Positions 40,202-51,191 of a DNA stretch of 64,000 bases are shown here, piece by piece; position 1 is the first letter of the stretch, and every line of letters begins with the position of its first letter. The position numbers were made by a program, and so were the translations under genes. A model generated the notes under the pieces. The model searched no databases and had not been told where the DNA came from. It saw only the letters and a list, made by a program, of their open reading frames with translations. Source of the stretch: Eledone cirrhosa (lineage: Eukaryota); NCBI GenBank assembly GCA_964016885.1, contig OZ024747.1, positions 36,518,001 to 36,582,000 of the forward strand, in the 5' to 3' direction.

Positions 40202-42513
40202 ATGGAAAGGCACCAATTGGATATGTCGTTAAAAAACATACCTATTCAGGTAAAACAGGAATATATTCTAGGTATGATACGAAGGACCAATGATTTTATT
40301 CGACGAATCAGATGGAATACATTCCATTTTGACAAAAGCCGTATAAACCAAACATCGGATCTTAACAAGGATAAATTTGGATTTAAATCTTACAAAAACC
40401 CACCCTCAAACTCACTTTTGGATGCATTTGAACAAGACCTAATGGATATGATCATGGAGATCAAATTTACAAAACGGAATAACAATAAACTACAGAATGA
40501 CATCACGGCACTGCTCAATAATCTAAAAAACGCCAATGGAATTATTTTTAGAGCAGACAAAACATCAAACGTATATACCATGGATGTGGACACTTACAAT
40601 AACTTCATCCGTAAGGAATTGCATAAAAAATACAAGAAAACTAATGAAGCTACGCTTAAAAACATCAACAACTCGGCATGTGAAATTGTTAAAAAACTTT
40701 GTATTGACGATAGAACGCAACCCTTAACACCAGCTACACCATCCTTCAACCTGAAGGACCACAAGGTAAACTTCGATACTGACTCTAAAATTAGACTTAT
40801 ATGCCCCTCTAAATCTGATATAGGCAAAATTAGCAAATATATACTAGACAGAATTAACCCCCAAGTTAAGGCTAAAGTAGAAATTAAACTATGGGGTAAC
40901 ACTCATAAAGCAATAAGATGGTTTAATAACATTACTGATAAGAAAAAAATCAAAATTTATTCAGTTTGATATTGATGAATATTATTCCTCAATTTCACCT
41001 GATACTCTACATGAAGCTCTTTCGTTCGCTAAGGCTAATTCCGACCTTACGGATGCTGAAATTAAAAGTATTATGGAAGCGAGGAAAACTATTGTTAAAT
41101 TTGATGATAGCTACTGGGTTCGCAATGATAGACCTTCTAATTTTGATATTACTATGGGTTCCAATGATTCGGCGGAAGTAACAGATTTTGTGGGAATTTA
41201 TATCACCCACAGACTACAAGGAAAATTCAAGGATCTCCACGGTGGAATCTACCGTGACGATGCGCTCCTATTAGTTAAGCATATGAATAACCAGAATTTA
41301 GAAAGGATGCGTAAAAATATCAGAAAGCTTTTTAAGGAACTAGGATTAAATATTACATTTGAATATAACCTCAAAAAGGTCAATTTCCTTGATGTTACTT
41401 TGAATCTCAATACAGAAACAATTAAACCGTTCCATAAACTAAATGAGAACCTTAAATATGTAAATACGAGTTCTAACCATCCACTCTCTATAATTAAATC
41501 CATCCCTAGAAATGTTTCTCTTAGAATCTCCCGCCTGTCGTCCAACCAACAAACCTTCAAAGAACATGCCGAATATTATGATGATGCACTTAGGAAAGCC
41601 GGACACCTAGATAATATAGAGTATATAGTCGAAGATCACCAAAACACCCAAAATAAATCCCATAGGGCTAGAAATAGCACAGAATACCACCATACATACA
41701 CTACCGCAATAGACACAATAATAGTCGCACACCACCAAACAGAAGGCGATGTAAGGAGTATATTTGGTACAACCCGGTCTATAACAACTCTATTAAAACC
41801 AATCTACCCTCACAATTCTTTCGATTAGTTAAAAAACACTTTCCAACATCACATAAATATAATAAAATCTTAAACCCTAACACTATTCGACTTTCATATT
41901 CAACCGTCCCTAATATTGAACAACATATAAAAAAGCTTAACGCAAAACGGTTGTATAAACGCCTTCCAACACATAACAATACACGTAAAACATTAGCTAT
42001 AACATCACAAAACAACAAACAACATCCTGTCCTACCTAAGCAACCTATCCATGCCAATACAACAACGCAAAATTATAACTGTAACTGTGTCCAACCAGGA
42101 ATGTGTCCGTTGAACAATCAGTGTCTTGAACGCAACATCATATACAAATGTACTATCGAATCGGATAGACAGAAGTGGTACTATGTGGGATCTACAGCCA
42201 ACTCCTTCAAATCACGCCTTTATAGACACCGTTACTCGATAAAACATGAAAACCAGCGTTATGTAACAACACTCGCAGACAAGGCTTGGCAGCTGCGTGA
42301 AAATAACCAACAATTTAATCTAAAATGGGATATAATAGCGGCTGCCCCTCCATATAATCCCACGGACAGGAATTTTGTAAATTATGTAATATGGAATTAT
42401 TTTGTATTATGAAATCCAAAAACATTTTATTAAATAACAGAATAGAGCGACCGTTATACTGTAACCATCGCTTAAAATCTACATTTTCATATTACAAATA
42501 CTACCAGGATTGA
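40202..42513 (+). pseudogene. PLE RT + GIY-YIG polyprotein, full length with about three frameshifts
   Basis: SLKNIP, ADKTSN, LKDHK, RLICPSKS, FDIDEYY, GIYRDD, VNFLDVT, CNCVQPGMCP, NIIY..YYVG..FKSR, YCNH; homologous to 6250-7826. Confidence 0.94.
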
Positions 42514-42714
42514 ACGCCTGTCTCCATCTCCGTTTGATTGTCAAAATACATATTAACATTCTCTATTAGTCTTAATTCTATCAACTCTTCTATTATTTAC
42601 CATTTAATATAAACTGCTATAGATAAAATGAGATTTCTTATTTCAATTCCCTAATGCATATACCAGCTGGCTACTAGCATTGATGTTATTCAGGAGAAGT
42701 CGAAATCTCCCCCT

Positions 42715-43266
42715 TCCTCAATTGACACTTTATAATTAATACTACTACACCAAATGACCAGCCCTGTCCATTGTCCAATTGGTCGAGTATAGATTAAAAT
42801 AGGCACTCCCAAAAATACTTATTTAGATAAAATAAACCATTTACTCATTGTATTCTCATTAGAAACCCTTTATATACTTGTTTAGCAGTAAATTGAATTA
42901 CCATCTGTCATATACTATCCCCTCTCTTCTTCCTCTATTACAACTAATATAAATACTTCAATTTTTCTGATTTTATCCAATTTATCCAAAATCTCTGAAG
43001 AAGTGACAACTGATTATATATTTGCTATCGAATACTTGCTAACATTATATGATTACGCAAGCAGTGATACATAGGTATTCCGTCTGTTACAGAAACATAT
43101 GTCAATACCTAATAAATTCCTTTTTTTTTTAAAAAGCACTTTCATTTTATATTCATCTTTTCTACATTTTCTCCGGAATATAATTCATACTCGTTGAGCA
43201 AACCTACACGTACGCTATTCATCTCTAACGTAACGATATATTATCACTACATTATTGATAACCTGA

Positions 43267-43272
<6 letters not shown>
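42715..43272 (+). repeat. Downstream pseudo-LTR ending in (AT)n
   Basis: Direct repeat of 39598-40154; contains a CTGAAGA...GAAAC-atat-GTC core and AATAAA. Confidence 0.92.
42995..43111 (+). ncRNA. Hammerhead-like core lacking a canonical stem I (also 39876-39992 + and 37828-37944 -)
   Basis: CTGAAGA-a-[gtgaca...tgttac]-a-GAAAC-atat-GTC. The flanks aaatct/aatacc do not pair; the position is homologous to 8230-8346. Confidence 0.45.
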
Positions 43273-43334
<62 letters not shown>

Positions 43335-44168
43335 CTATATGCACATAGCCATATATATAGTTGGAAAGATTCAGATTTATAATGGTTGTTGGATTACAAA
43401 GTGTTTATATCCGAGTTAAAACTTTAATTATGTTTATGAAGTTAAAACGTGTGCATTTAATGAAACCTCTCAGATTAAAAGTATAAAGTATTGGGGTAAA
43501 AGAAGCCGGTAATGAGTAGGTGTGATGAGATAAATATAGATAAATTACATGAATGTTTACCGCTAAAGTGTAGGGATGGTTGCTGAAGAGATGAATGTGA
43601 TACGTGGATCTTAGGAATCTATTGTAAATGAAATTAAAGCATTACAAGTGTTAAAGCCTGTTGTGTCATTGGTTCCACTGAGACCAAAGTAACTGTTTAT
43701 TAGTTGCAGTTAGTGTGTGAGATGGACATACTCAAATAACTGACAATTAGATTGAATGCAATAATGAACAGTCTATAAATAATTATAATAGCAGAGTTGC
43801 TGTGGGTGGTTTGTGCAGCTATGAGAATAATTGCAATATGAACACCCGAAATGTATTCAATATGATCTTGACTTTATGTATGTATGTACGTATGTTTGAT
43901 CCCTTACCTCCAAATAGAATCAACAGCTTTCTGTAGTGATATACACCGTGTGTTGGAAATATATATTTAGTGACCGAATCAACACTAGTACTGGCCTACA
44001 TCTTTGTTTATTGTCTTCGGTAGTGTTTATGGCAATGTTGGCCTCAGTTTGATGGGAACGTGGAGCTCAGATGGCAAGATTAACTACCGCAAGATATTGT
44101 ATGCAATGTTACAAATATTAAGGATATCCCTTTCCTGTTTCTTGATTTATACTGTGTTGTTTGCATAA

Positions 44169-44229
<61 letters not shown>

Positions 44230-45696
44230 GCATATATATATACACACACACATTATATATATATATATAATGTGTGTGTGTGTGTGTCTAAATGTGGTGG
44301 GTATACACATATATATGCACCTGTGTATGTACGTATGTCCACATCGTTAATATAATGTATTCAATTCAAGCCACATTTTCATCTCCTCAGTTAACATTGT
44401 GTATTTTTGGTCGAACACTAAATTATATTTTCATTTATTTGTTCTTCCTATTTTTATCATACAACTTTTTTTCGTTTCTGCTATTTTCGTCTTACTTATT
44501 ATTTCATAATTGGATCATTCACCTATAGATGTACGTAACCATAATATTGCTTTGACTTAATTCTTGAACTAATTGCCAATTATTCCTTTAACGCCTATTT
44601 TGGATGGCTCAAAAAACGCTTTATTTTTTTTTTGTGATTACCTACTCTCAGTTCTATTACTGTATGTGATGTTAAAATTATTGCTTCTTGCCAGAGCTCC
44701 GAGGCCATATATGTAATGACAAGTGCTCTATTAAGTCCTTAATTGGATTATAAGTATCCTTAAAGATACATTTATGCCAATAGTTCAATCATACATTGTA
44801 ATAAGCTACCTTGTCTATCTGTGTGTGGAGCACCTACAGGGAATCGGAACCTGTATCTATGGTAAACTGAAATATATACAATTGTTTCTAAATAAATGAT
44901 CCTGATAAAGGATAAGCTTCACGAAGTATTTTTTTTACTAACTATGAGATGTATTGTAGATATGCCTGTGAGCCACTATTTTTTCAACATGAAGCTACCC
45001 ACCATGACACATAAGTTGTCGGTAAGTTGGCGATAAGTTCTGCTCATAATTTATTCATATATTTCATTTTATTTTGTATTTTGTGAAGTATAGTGTCGTT
45101 GCTTACAGGTATCGGGTTAACTAATTAGTGATGCAATGCGTTTACTGTAGTGTGAACGACAAGGATTCACCTGAAATTATGTAATGTTATAGATTGGCGA
45201 AAGATAAAATTACACATACATATACACATATACATACACAGATACAAACACATATACATACGGTCACACATACATATAAACCCACATATACATACATAAG
45301 CACATACATACATACATACATACATACATAAATACATGCATACATACATATACAAGTAAATGCTGATGGACACACACCTGTGCATGTCTGCATCTTGAAT
45401 AAGACCCCAGGTTAAAATCTACAACCCTCCAATCTGTAGTTATATAACCTCAGGCATGCCTACAACGTAACAAATAAGATTAAAGCAAATGTGAAGAATA
45501 AGTAAAACACGTATCTATTTCTATGAACTAATATTAGACAGTCCTCGTGGGAGATCATTATGACCATGTTCGTTGTTGTGGTTGAATAACGGAAACAAGA
45601 CAAAACAAAACAATTTTTTAAGGGGTGACCTTGAATTATTTTAAAAATAAAAATACAAATGGACGACACAGAACACCAGATTCATCGTCAGTTGAA

Positions 45697-45737
<41 letters not shown>

Positions 45738-45743
<6 letters not shown>

Positions 45744-45905
45744 ATAATAATAAATGTAAAGACTAAAATCCAAAGATGGCTCAATAAGGATAAATATATA
45801 TCAAATATATAAGAACCCAAGAGCATATATTTATTAAAATAACAGATTAAAGTTTAATAAAAGAATCTCTGCTTTCACCCTTAAAGGGATCTTCTGAAAC
45901 TAAAA
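45738..45905 (-). repeat. Family B short element
   Basis: Reverse complement of 50199-50358. Confidence 0.8.
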
Positions 45906-46361
45906 AAACAAAAACAATCTGTGAACGCAGAAGTAAATATTTCGAAAAAGGTTGCAATCGAACGAAAATAAGAATACGATACTTTGGTTCGTGAAGACTT
46001 TTCCTGGCAATGAACGAAAAAAAGCGAAGATAATACGTCGTTATATAGTGCATCAATAACAATTACACGCAAAGACAAATGGGTGTGGGCGCCTACAGAC
46101 CGGAAAGACTGCGACAGAGCGTGAGCGTTTCTCCCATACAACCCATTACCTCCTAGAGTAGTAATTCCGATATAAGAAACAATTGTGATTGACAGGTGGC
46201 ATATGAAAGGAACCAGATAAATGACGGGCATGTGTGGTCAAAAATACCGATGACGTGTACAATTCATGACCACTCATCGACTGGCAACAACAGGATTTAA
46301 GCTGGCGAGCGAAGGCCGCGAGGGTAACTGGAAATTTGGAAACTGTCCTTCGAAGAATCGA

Positions 46362-46456
46362 GACATATCTGAGGAGTTTGCGATTTCAGAGTCAGGTTCG
46401 ATCATTACATCGATCGTGCCGCGAGCTGGTCGCCAGAGAAACGATTGTAATATGTC
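46362..46456 (+). ncRNA. Type I hammerhead ribozyme with extended stem II (family A). The host repeat runs to ~46585 and ends in (AT)n
   Basis: gacatat-CTGAGGA-[gcgat...gtcgc]-GAAAC-gatt-GTA-atatgtc: perfect 7-bp stem I, predicted cleavage after 46449, AATAAA immediately downstream. Confidence 0.8.
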
Positions 46457-46664
46457 TAATAAATGTTATTCGACACACCACTGATACTCTGTCTCTTATG
46501 TGATATTATACTCAGCTCTGTAAGAGCATCGAGTGCTCAAACCGCCTATCGTATACAGACGTTTTAAACATCCCACACCAATTATATATATATAGCCGTC
46601 GAAACCGCTTGAGCTCTGCCATCTGGGTTAAACAATTTCCTATATATATATATATATATATATA

Positions 46665-49600
46665 TGAAAACAGGGAGAAAGAGACGATTATTAGGAAGAA
46701 AAATATATGGCATTTATTTATCTATTTATATATTTAATAATTGTATATTACCGGTTGCAGCATTTTTATGCATTATCAAATGATAGTGATATGTATTAGT
46801 GTAGAATTGTGGTGGCAAACATGTTAAAGCAATGGTGCAGACATCATAATATTATTTACAAACAAGGTTTATGAAGTGAAAAGAATAAAGATAAAATAAA
46901 AAAGGGGCGTAATGTAGAGCATAAAAAAGTCAATGTGAAAGAAAAAATAATGTTATTCACAGGCATAGTTCTTGAAGTTAAGCAGATCAAAATGTGTTTG
47001 TATAGCAAGGGTGCTTAGTTGATCCATGATTCCATGATGTAGGCAGATGGTGGACTGAGGTTTGATATGATTTCTCTTTTTAGAGAGTTAATATGCAGGG
47101 GGGGGGGGTATTTCATGCTGGATGATATTTAATTTATTTAAGAAAAAGGATTAAGTAGGGTGTGAGGGAGGTAACTCTTGTAAATGTTTGATTGTTTGTT
47201 GCAGTTTTAGTTTGGTCCGAAATTTAGTGCATTAATTAGAGGTTGGAATTTGTTAATGAAATATGTTTCCTTATTGGTACGATGGATGAAAGTAGCGTTG
47301 TCTATGAATTTGTAAATGGGGAAAATTTTAAAGTTTGCACAATTGGCGATATGTTCACTAAATGCAATCTTTCTGTATTCCTGTATTTCAATTTGTGATT
47401 TATGGATGGTCATACGTTGACGGAGGCTGTTTTTTTGTCTGTCCTATGTAGTGCTCAACCTGAACAGGTCAAAACATAGATTAGGTTTTTAGATGCACAT
47501 GTAAAGTTGTGTTTAACTGTTTAACTGTGAAATGTTGTCCTTGTTTAAAATGGAATGTTGAACCTTCTATTAGATTTATGCATATGCCACAGTTGGGCCT
47601 TCCGCATTTTGTTACTGTAGCGTTCATTGTGAGGGCTTGTTGGATTTTGGCTTGTGTGAGGATGTATTTTATGGATTTAGGTTGTCTTTTGCTCTTTATG
47701 ATGTTGTGTGTTTGGAGGAATTTGTTCATTCTTGGGTCTCTTTTTAGTTCTGGAGGATGGTGTCGAATGCCTCATTGTTGAGGGGGTTAGTGTAGAGATG
47801 TATGGTAGAGTTTTTTGTTGCGGTTCATTCCTGGGTCTGGTGTGTCTGAGTTCCTGGATATCGAGTTTTAGGGCACGTTGGAATCCATTGTTGATTAGGG
47901 ATGGTGGGTAGTTTCTGCTGATAAGTGTGTTTTTTTAATTCTTCTAGTCGTGTGTAGCATGTGCATTTATCTGAAACTATTGTGCAGATCATTCTGGGTA
48001 TGTTATAAGGAATTGCCATTTTGATGTGTCTAGGGTGGCACCAGTTGAATGAAAGGTATTGTTTGGAGTCTGTGGGTTTGTAGTATATGTCTGTTTCTAT
48101 TTTGTTGCTTGTTTTCTTGATGAGGATGTCGAAGAAAGGGAGTTGTTCATGGCTGTAATCCATTATGAATTGTAAGTTTGTGTTGAGTCCATTCAGAAGT
48201 GTTTTAAACTCAAACAGTCTATCTATACTTTTATGCCAGAGGATGAAGCAGTCGTTCAGATATCTCTTCCAGTTCTTTTTTATGTGTTGGTAAAATGGTT
48301 GCCGCATTTGTCTAGGGCTTTGCGGTAGAGAGTGGTTTCCAAATATCCCATGACAAGGTTGGCGTATGAGAGGGCTACTTTCGTGCCCATATCAGTCCCA
48401 GATTTATGTCTGTCGTATGTGGCATTGAATTCGAAGAAATTGTTTTCCAAGATGAATTTGAGTCCTTCCAACACAAATTCTTTAGGGATGCGCTGTGGGA
48501 ATTCACTAGGGAAATTTTCAAGCCAGAATTGTATTGCCTCTATACCTAGGTTGTGTGGGATATTGGAATATAAATTGATGACTAGTTACTAGTAGGGTAT
48601 GTTCATTATTGAGTGTTGTTGGGAGGTGTTTGAGCATGTCAAGGTCGTCCCTTATGAAGCTTTTTATGTGTTTAGGAAAGGTTTAAGCAGAATATCTAGG
48701 AAGTTGCTTAGGCGGTGGGTTTCACATATGGTGCCTGCTATTGTGGGTCTGAATATAAGGTCATCAGGAGGAGCTATATGGATGTAAACGTTTGTGGTTT
48801 GCTTGCAGGCCATACCTATTACTTCGCTTTTGTGTTTCTTTGGGATACTGTAGAAGAGGCTGGTTCTGCTTTTGAAATTGGTGATGTAGTTGTATTCCTT
48901 GTCTGTAAGGCCTTCTTTGTAAAGGGTTGTTAGGCATTTTAGGTTTCTCAATATTTTCTGTTGTGTGTAGTGTTGGGCCTTTTCATAATATGTTTGGTTT
49001 TCTAGAGTTGAGAGTACTAATCTATGTTTTGACCTGCTCATGTTGTCAAGAACACTAGATAGGACAGACAAAAAACAGCCTCCGTCAACGTATGACCGTG
49101 CATAAATCATACAGGAATACAGAAAGATTGCATTTAGTGAACATATCGCCAATTGTGCACACAACCAACATCCAAACTTTAAAATGTTCCCCATTTACAA
49201 ATTCATAGACAACGCTATTTTCATCCATCGTACCAATAAGGAAACATATTTCATTAACAATTTTCCACCTCTACTTAATGCACTAAACTTCGGACGAAAC
49301 TAAAACTGCTACAAACAATCAAACATTTACAAGAGTTAGCTCCCTCACACACTACCTAATCCTTTTTCTTAAATAAATTAAATATCAACAAGCATGTATT
49401 ACCTCTCCCTGCATATTAACTCTCTAAAAAGGGAAATCATATCAAACCTCAGTCCACCATTTGCCTCCATCGTGGAATCATGGATCAACTAAGCACCCTT
49501 GCTATATTAACACATTTTGATCTGCTTAACTTCAAAAACTATGCCTGTAAATAATATTATTTTTCTTTCGCATTGACTTGTTATGCTCTACATTACGAAC

Positions 49601-50040
49601 ATTTTGTTTCTTTTTTCTTTTTTTTTTTTTCTTTTTTCTTTTTTCTTTTTTATTTTTTCTTTTTTTTCTTTTTTTCTTTTTTCTTTTTTCTTTTTTCTTT
49701 TTTCTTTTTTTTTTTTTCTTTTTTCTTTTAACTTCATAAACATTGTTTGTAAATAACATTATTATTTCTGCACCGTTTCTTTAACATGTGCGACACCACC
49801 ATTCTACACTAATACATAACACTATCATTTGATAATGCATAAAAATGCTGAAACCGGTAATATACAATTATTAAATATATAAATAGATAAATAAATGCCA
49901 TTGTTAATTAATAAATAAATCAACTAATACCTTAACACTTCACACAAAGGAAAACCTTACGTTTTAATCATTTTCTAACCCAGAAAAAAGAGAGAAATAA
50001 ATAAAAAAGGAAAAAAAAATATATCTTTCTCCCTGTTTTC
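46665..50040 (-). mobile_element. Neptune-type PLE (minus strand, 5' truncated) with an inverted 3' duplication (49058-50040), giving long terminal inverted repeats in (AT)n
   Basis: Ends read (AT)n-gaaaacagggagaaaga ... tctttctccctgttttc-(AT)n; 49058-50040 mirrors 47447-46665. Confidence 0.9.
47207..49030 (-). pseudogene. PLE RT + GIY-YIG, disrupted; relative of 34380-36584
   Basis: LFYSIPK, FRPTIAG, SGTDMGT, KRYLND, LPFFD, YYKPT, CGRPNCGIC, YIGQT..LRQRMTIH. Confidence 0.9.
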
Positions 50041-50084
50041 ATATATATATATATCCTAACTCGTGTGCTTCCCCTCCACATTTT

Positions 50085-50126
<42 letters not shown>

Positions 50127-50134
<8 letters not shown>

Positions 50135-50358
50135 TAACAGATTAAATTTTAAGCAAAGAATCGCTGATTTCACCCGTAACAGGATCTTCTGAAATTCAGT
50201 TTCAGAAGATCCGTTAAGGGTGAAAGCAGCGATTCTTTGCTTAAATTTAATCTGTTATTTTAATAAATATTTGCTCTTGGGTTCTTATATATGATATGTA
50301 TTTATCCTCATCCATCCATCTTTCGATTTCAGTCTTTACATTTATTATAATTACTATA
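50127..50358. repeat. Family B element with fold-back palindrome (arms 50127-50194 and 50199-50265)
   Basis: attaaaataacagattaaa...ggatcttctgaaa / tttcagaagatcc...tttaatctgttattttaat. Confidence 0.85.
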
Positions 50359-50360
50359 TA

Positions 50361-50548
50361 TAACGAAGGAGTTGTGGTAAGGAACCAGATTACTCAATAC
50401 TTAGAGTAGTAGAGCGGGTAATAGAAAAATGTATCACCCCGACGGCAGAGCTCAAGGCGTTTAGACGGCTATTTCTGTGTAGAAATTCCAGAAATAGCCG
50501 TCGAAATGGCTTGTGCTCTGCCGTCGGTGTCATACATTTTCCCGTATG
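50361..50548. repeat. Family C short element with palindrome 50424-50541 (other copies 46592-46640, 53512-53663, 58059-58115)
   Basis: Shared cccgac...gagctcaag.cgtt..gacggcta.ttctg; 50361-50420 is the reverse complement of parts of 53585-53663. Confidence 0.75.
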
Positions 50549-50569
50549 TATATATATATATATATTATG

Positions 50570-51178
50570 TCAGGTCACCAGTTGGTGCTTAGTAACATGT
50601 ATCCCAGTACAACCTGTCAAATGGTCGGGTCGTTGGCGACTAAACTGGCAACCCCACCAAGGTTTCTTGGTGAGGAGGGTCACTTTGGACATCCTGCAGG
50701 ACTAAAAACAAAACCTGTCAAAGGGCAAAGGAGCTCTTAAGAGTCAATGACCATCCAAAATCACCGGGAGAGATGACCCCTTAGTCTTTGTCAAGGCAGA
50801 ATTCTAGGAGAAGGAAAACTTTGATATAACACCTGCAAACCTGATGGTATCCAATGATGTTGACTTGTTCTTCTTTTTGGTAAATATCATCTTGGTTAAG
50901 AGAGTGTGACTGGCTTTGTGCAATGCCTTTACATACTATAAAAGCTTCACGGCACAGGCATTGCTTTGTATCTGGAGATCTCTCTGCACTTGTCATCACA
51001 TGGTTCCATGGGCCCAGCACTATGTGTCAATAATTGTCACAAGTGTAGTGTTTGTACCAGAATGTTCAAGTTGCTGGCTGGACTAAAAAGTCACTCTCGT
51101 TCAGCGCATCGGTAGGGGTTCTCCTACATGGATATAAAGTAGTGGCCGTACTCGAAAACGGGTTGGCAGCCACCATAT
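50570..51178 (+). mobile_element. Internally deleted RTE-like element (5' UTR-like part plus a 3' C2H2 Zn-finger end)
   Basis: 51040-51115 translates HKCSVCTRMFKLLAGLKSHSRSAHR*, followed by a short 3' UTR and (AT)n. Confidence 0.5.
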
Positions 51179-51191
51179 ATATATATATATA

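Larger units (their letters stand above)
37775..43272. mobile_element. Composite Penelope-like element (probably Hydra clade) between (AT)n tracts: inverted 3' copy (37775-39390), bridge (39389-39604), 5' pLTR, ORF, 3' pLTR
   Basis: 37775-39390 is the reverse complement of 41556-43164; 39389-39604 matches 40598-40814; 39598-40154 matches 42715-43272. Confidence 0.95.

Noticed and set aside
49532-49759. Poly-Lys/Arg ORF
   Set aside because: Antisense of a T(n)C microsatellite expansion.
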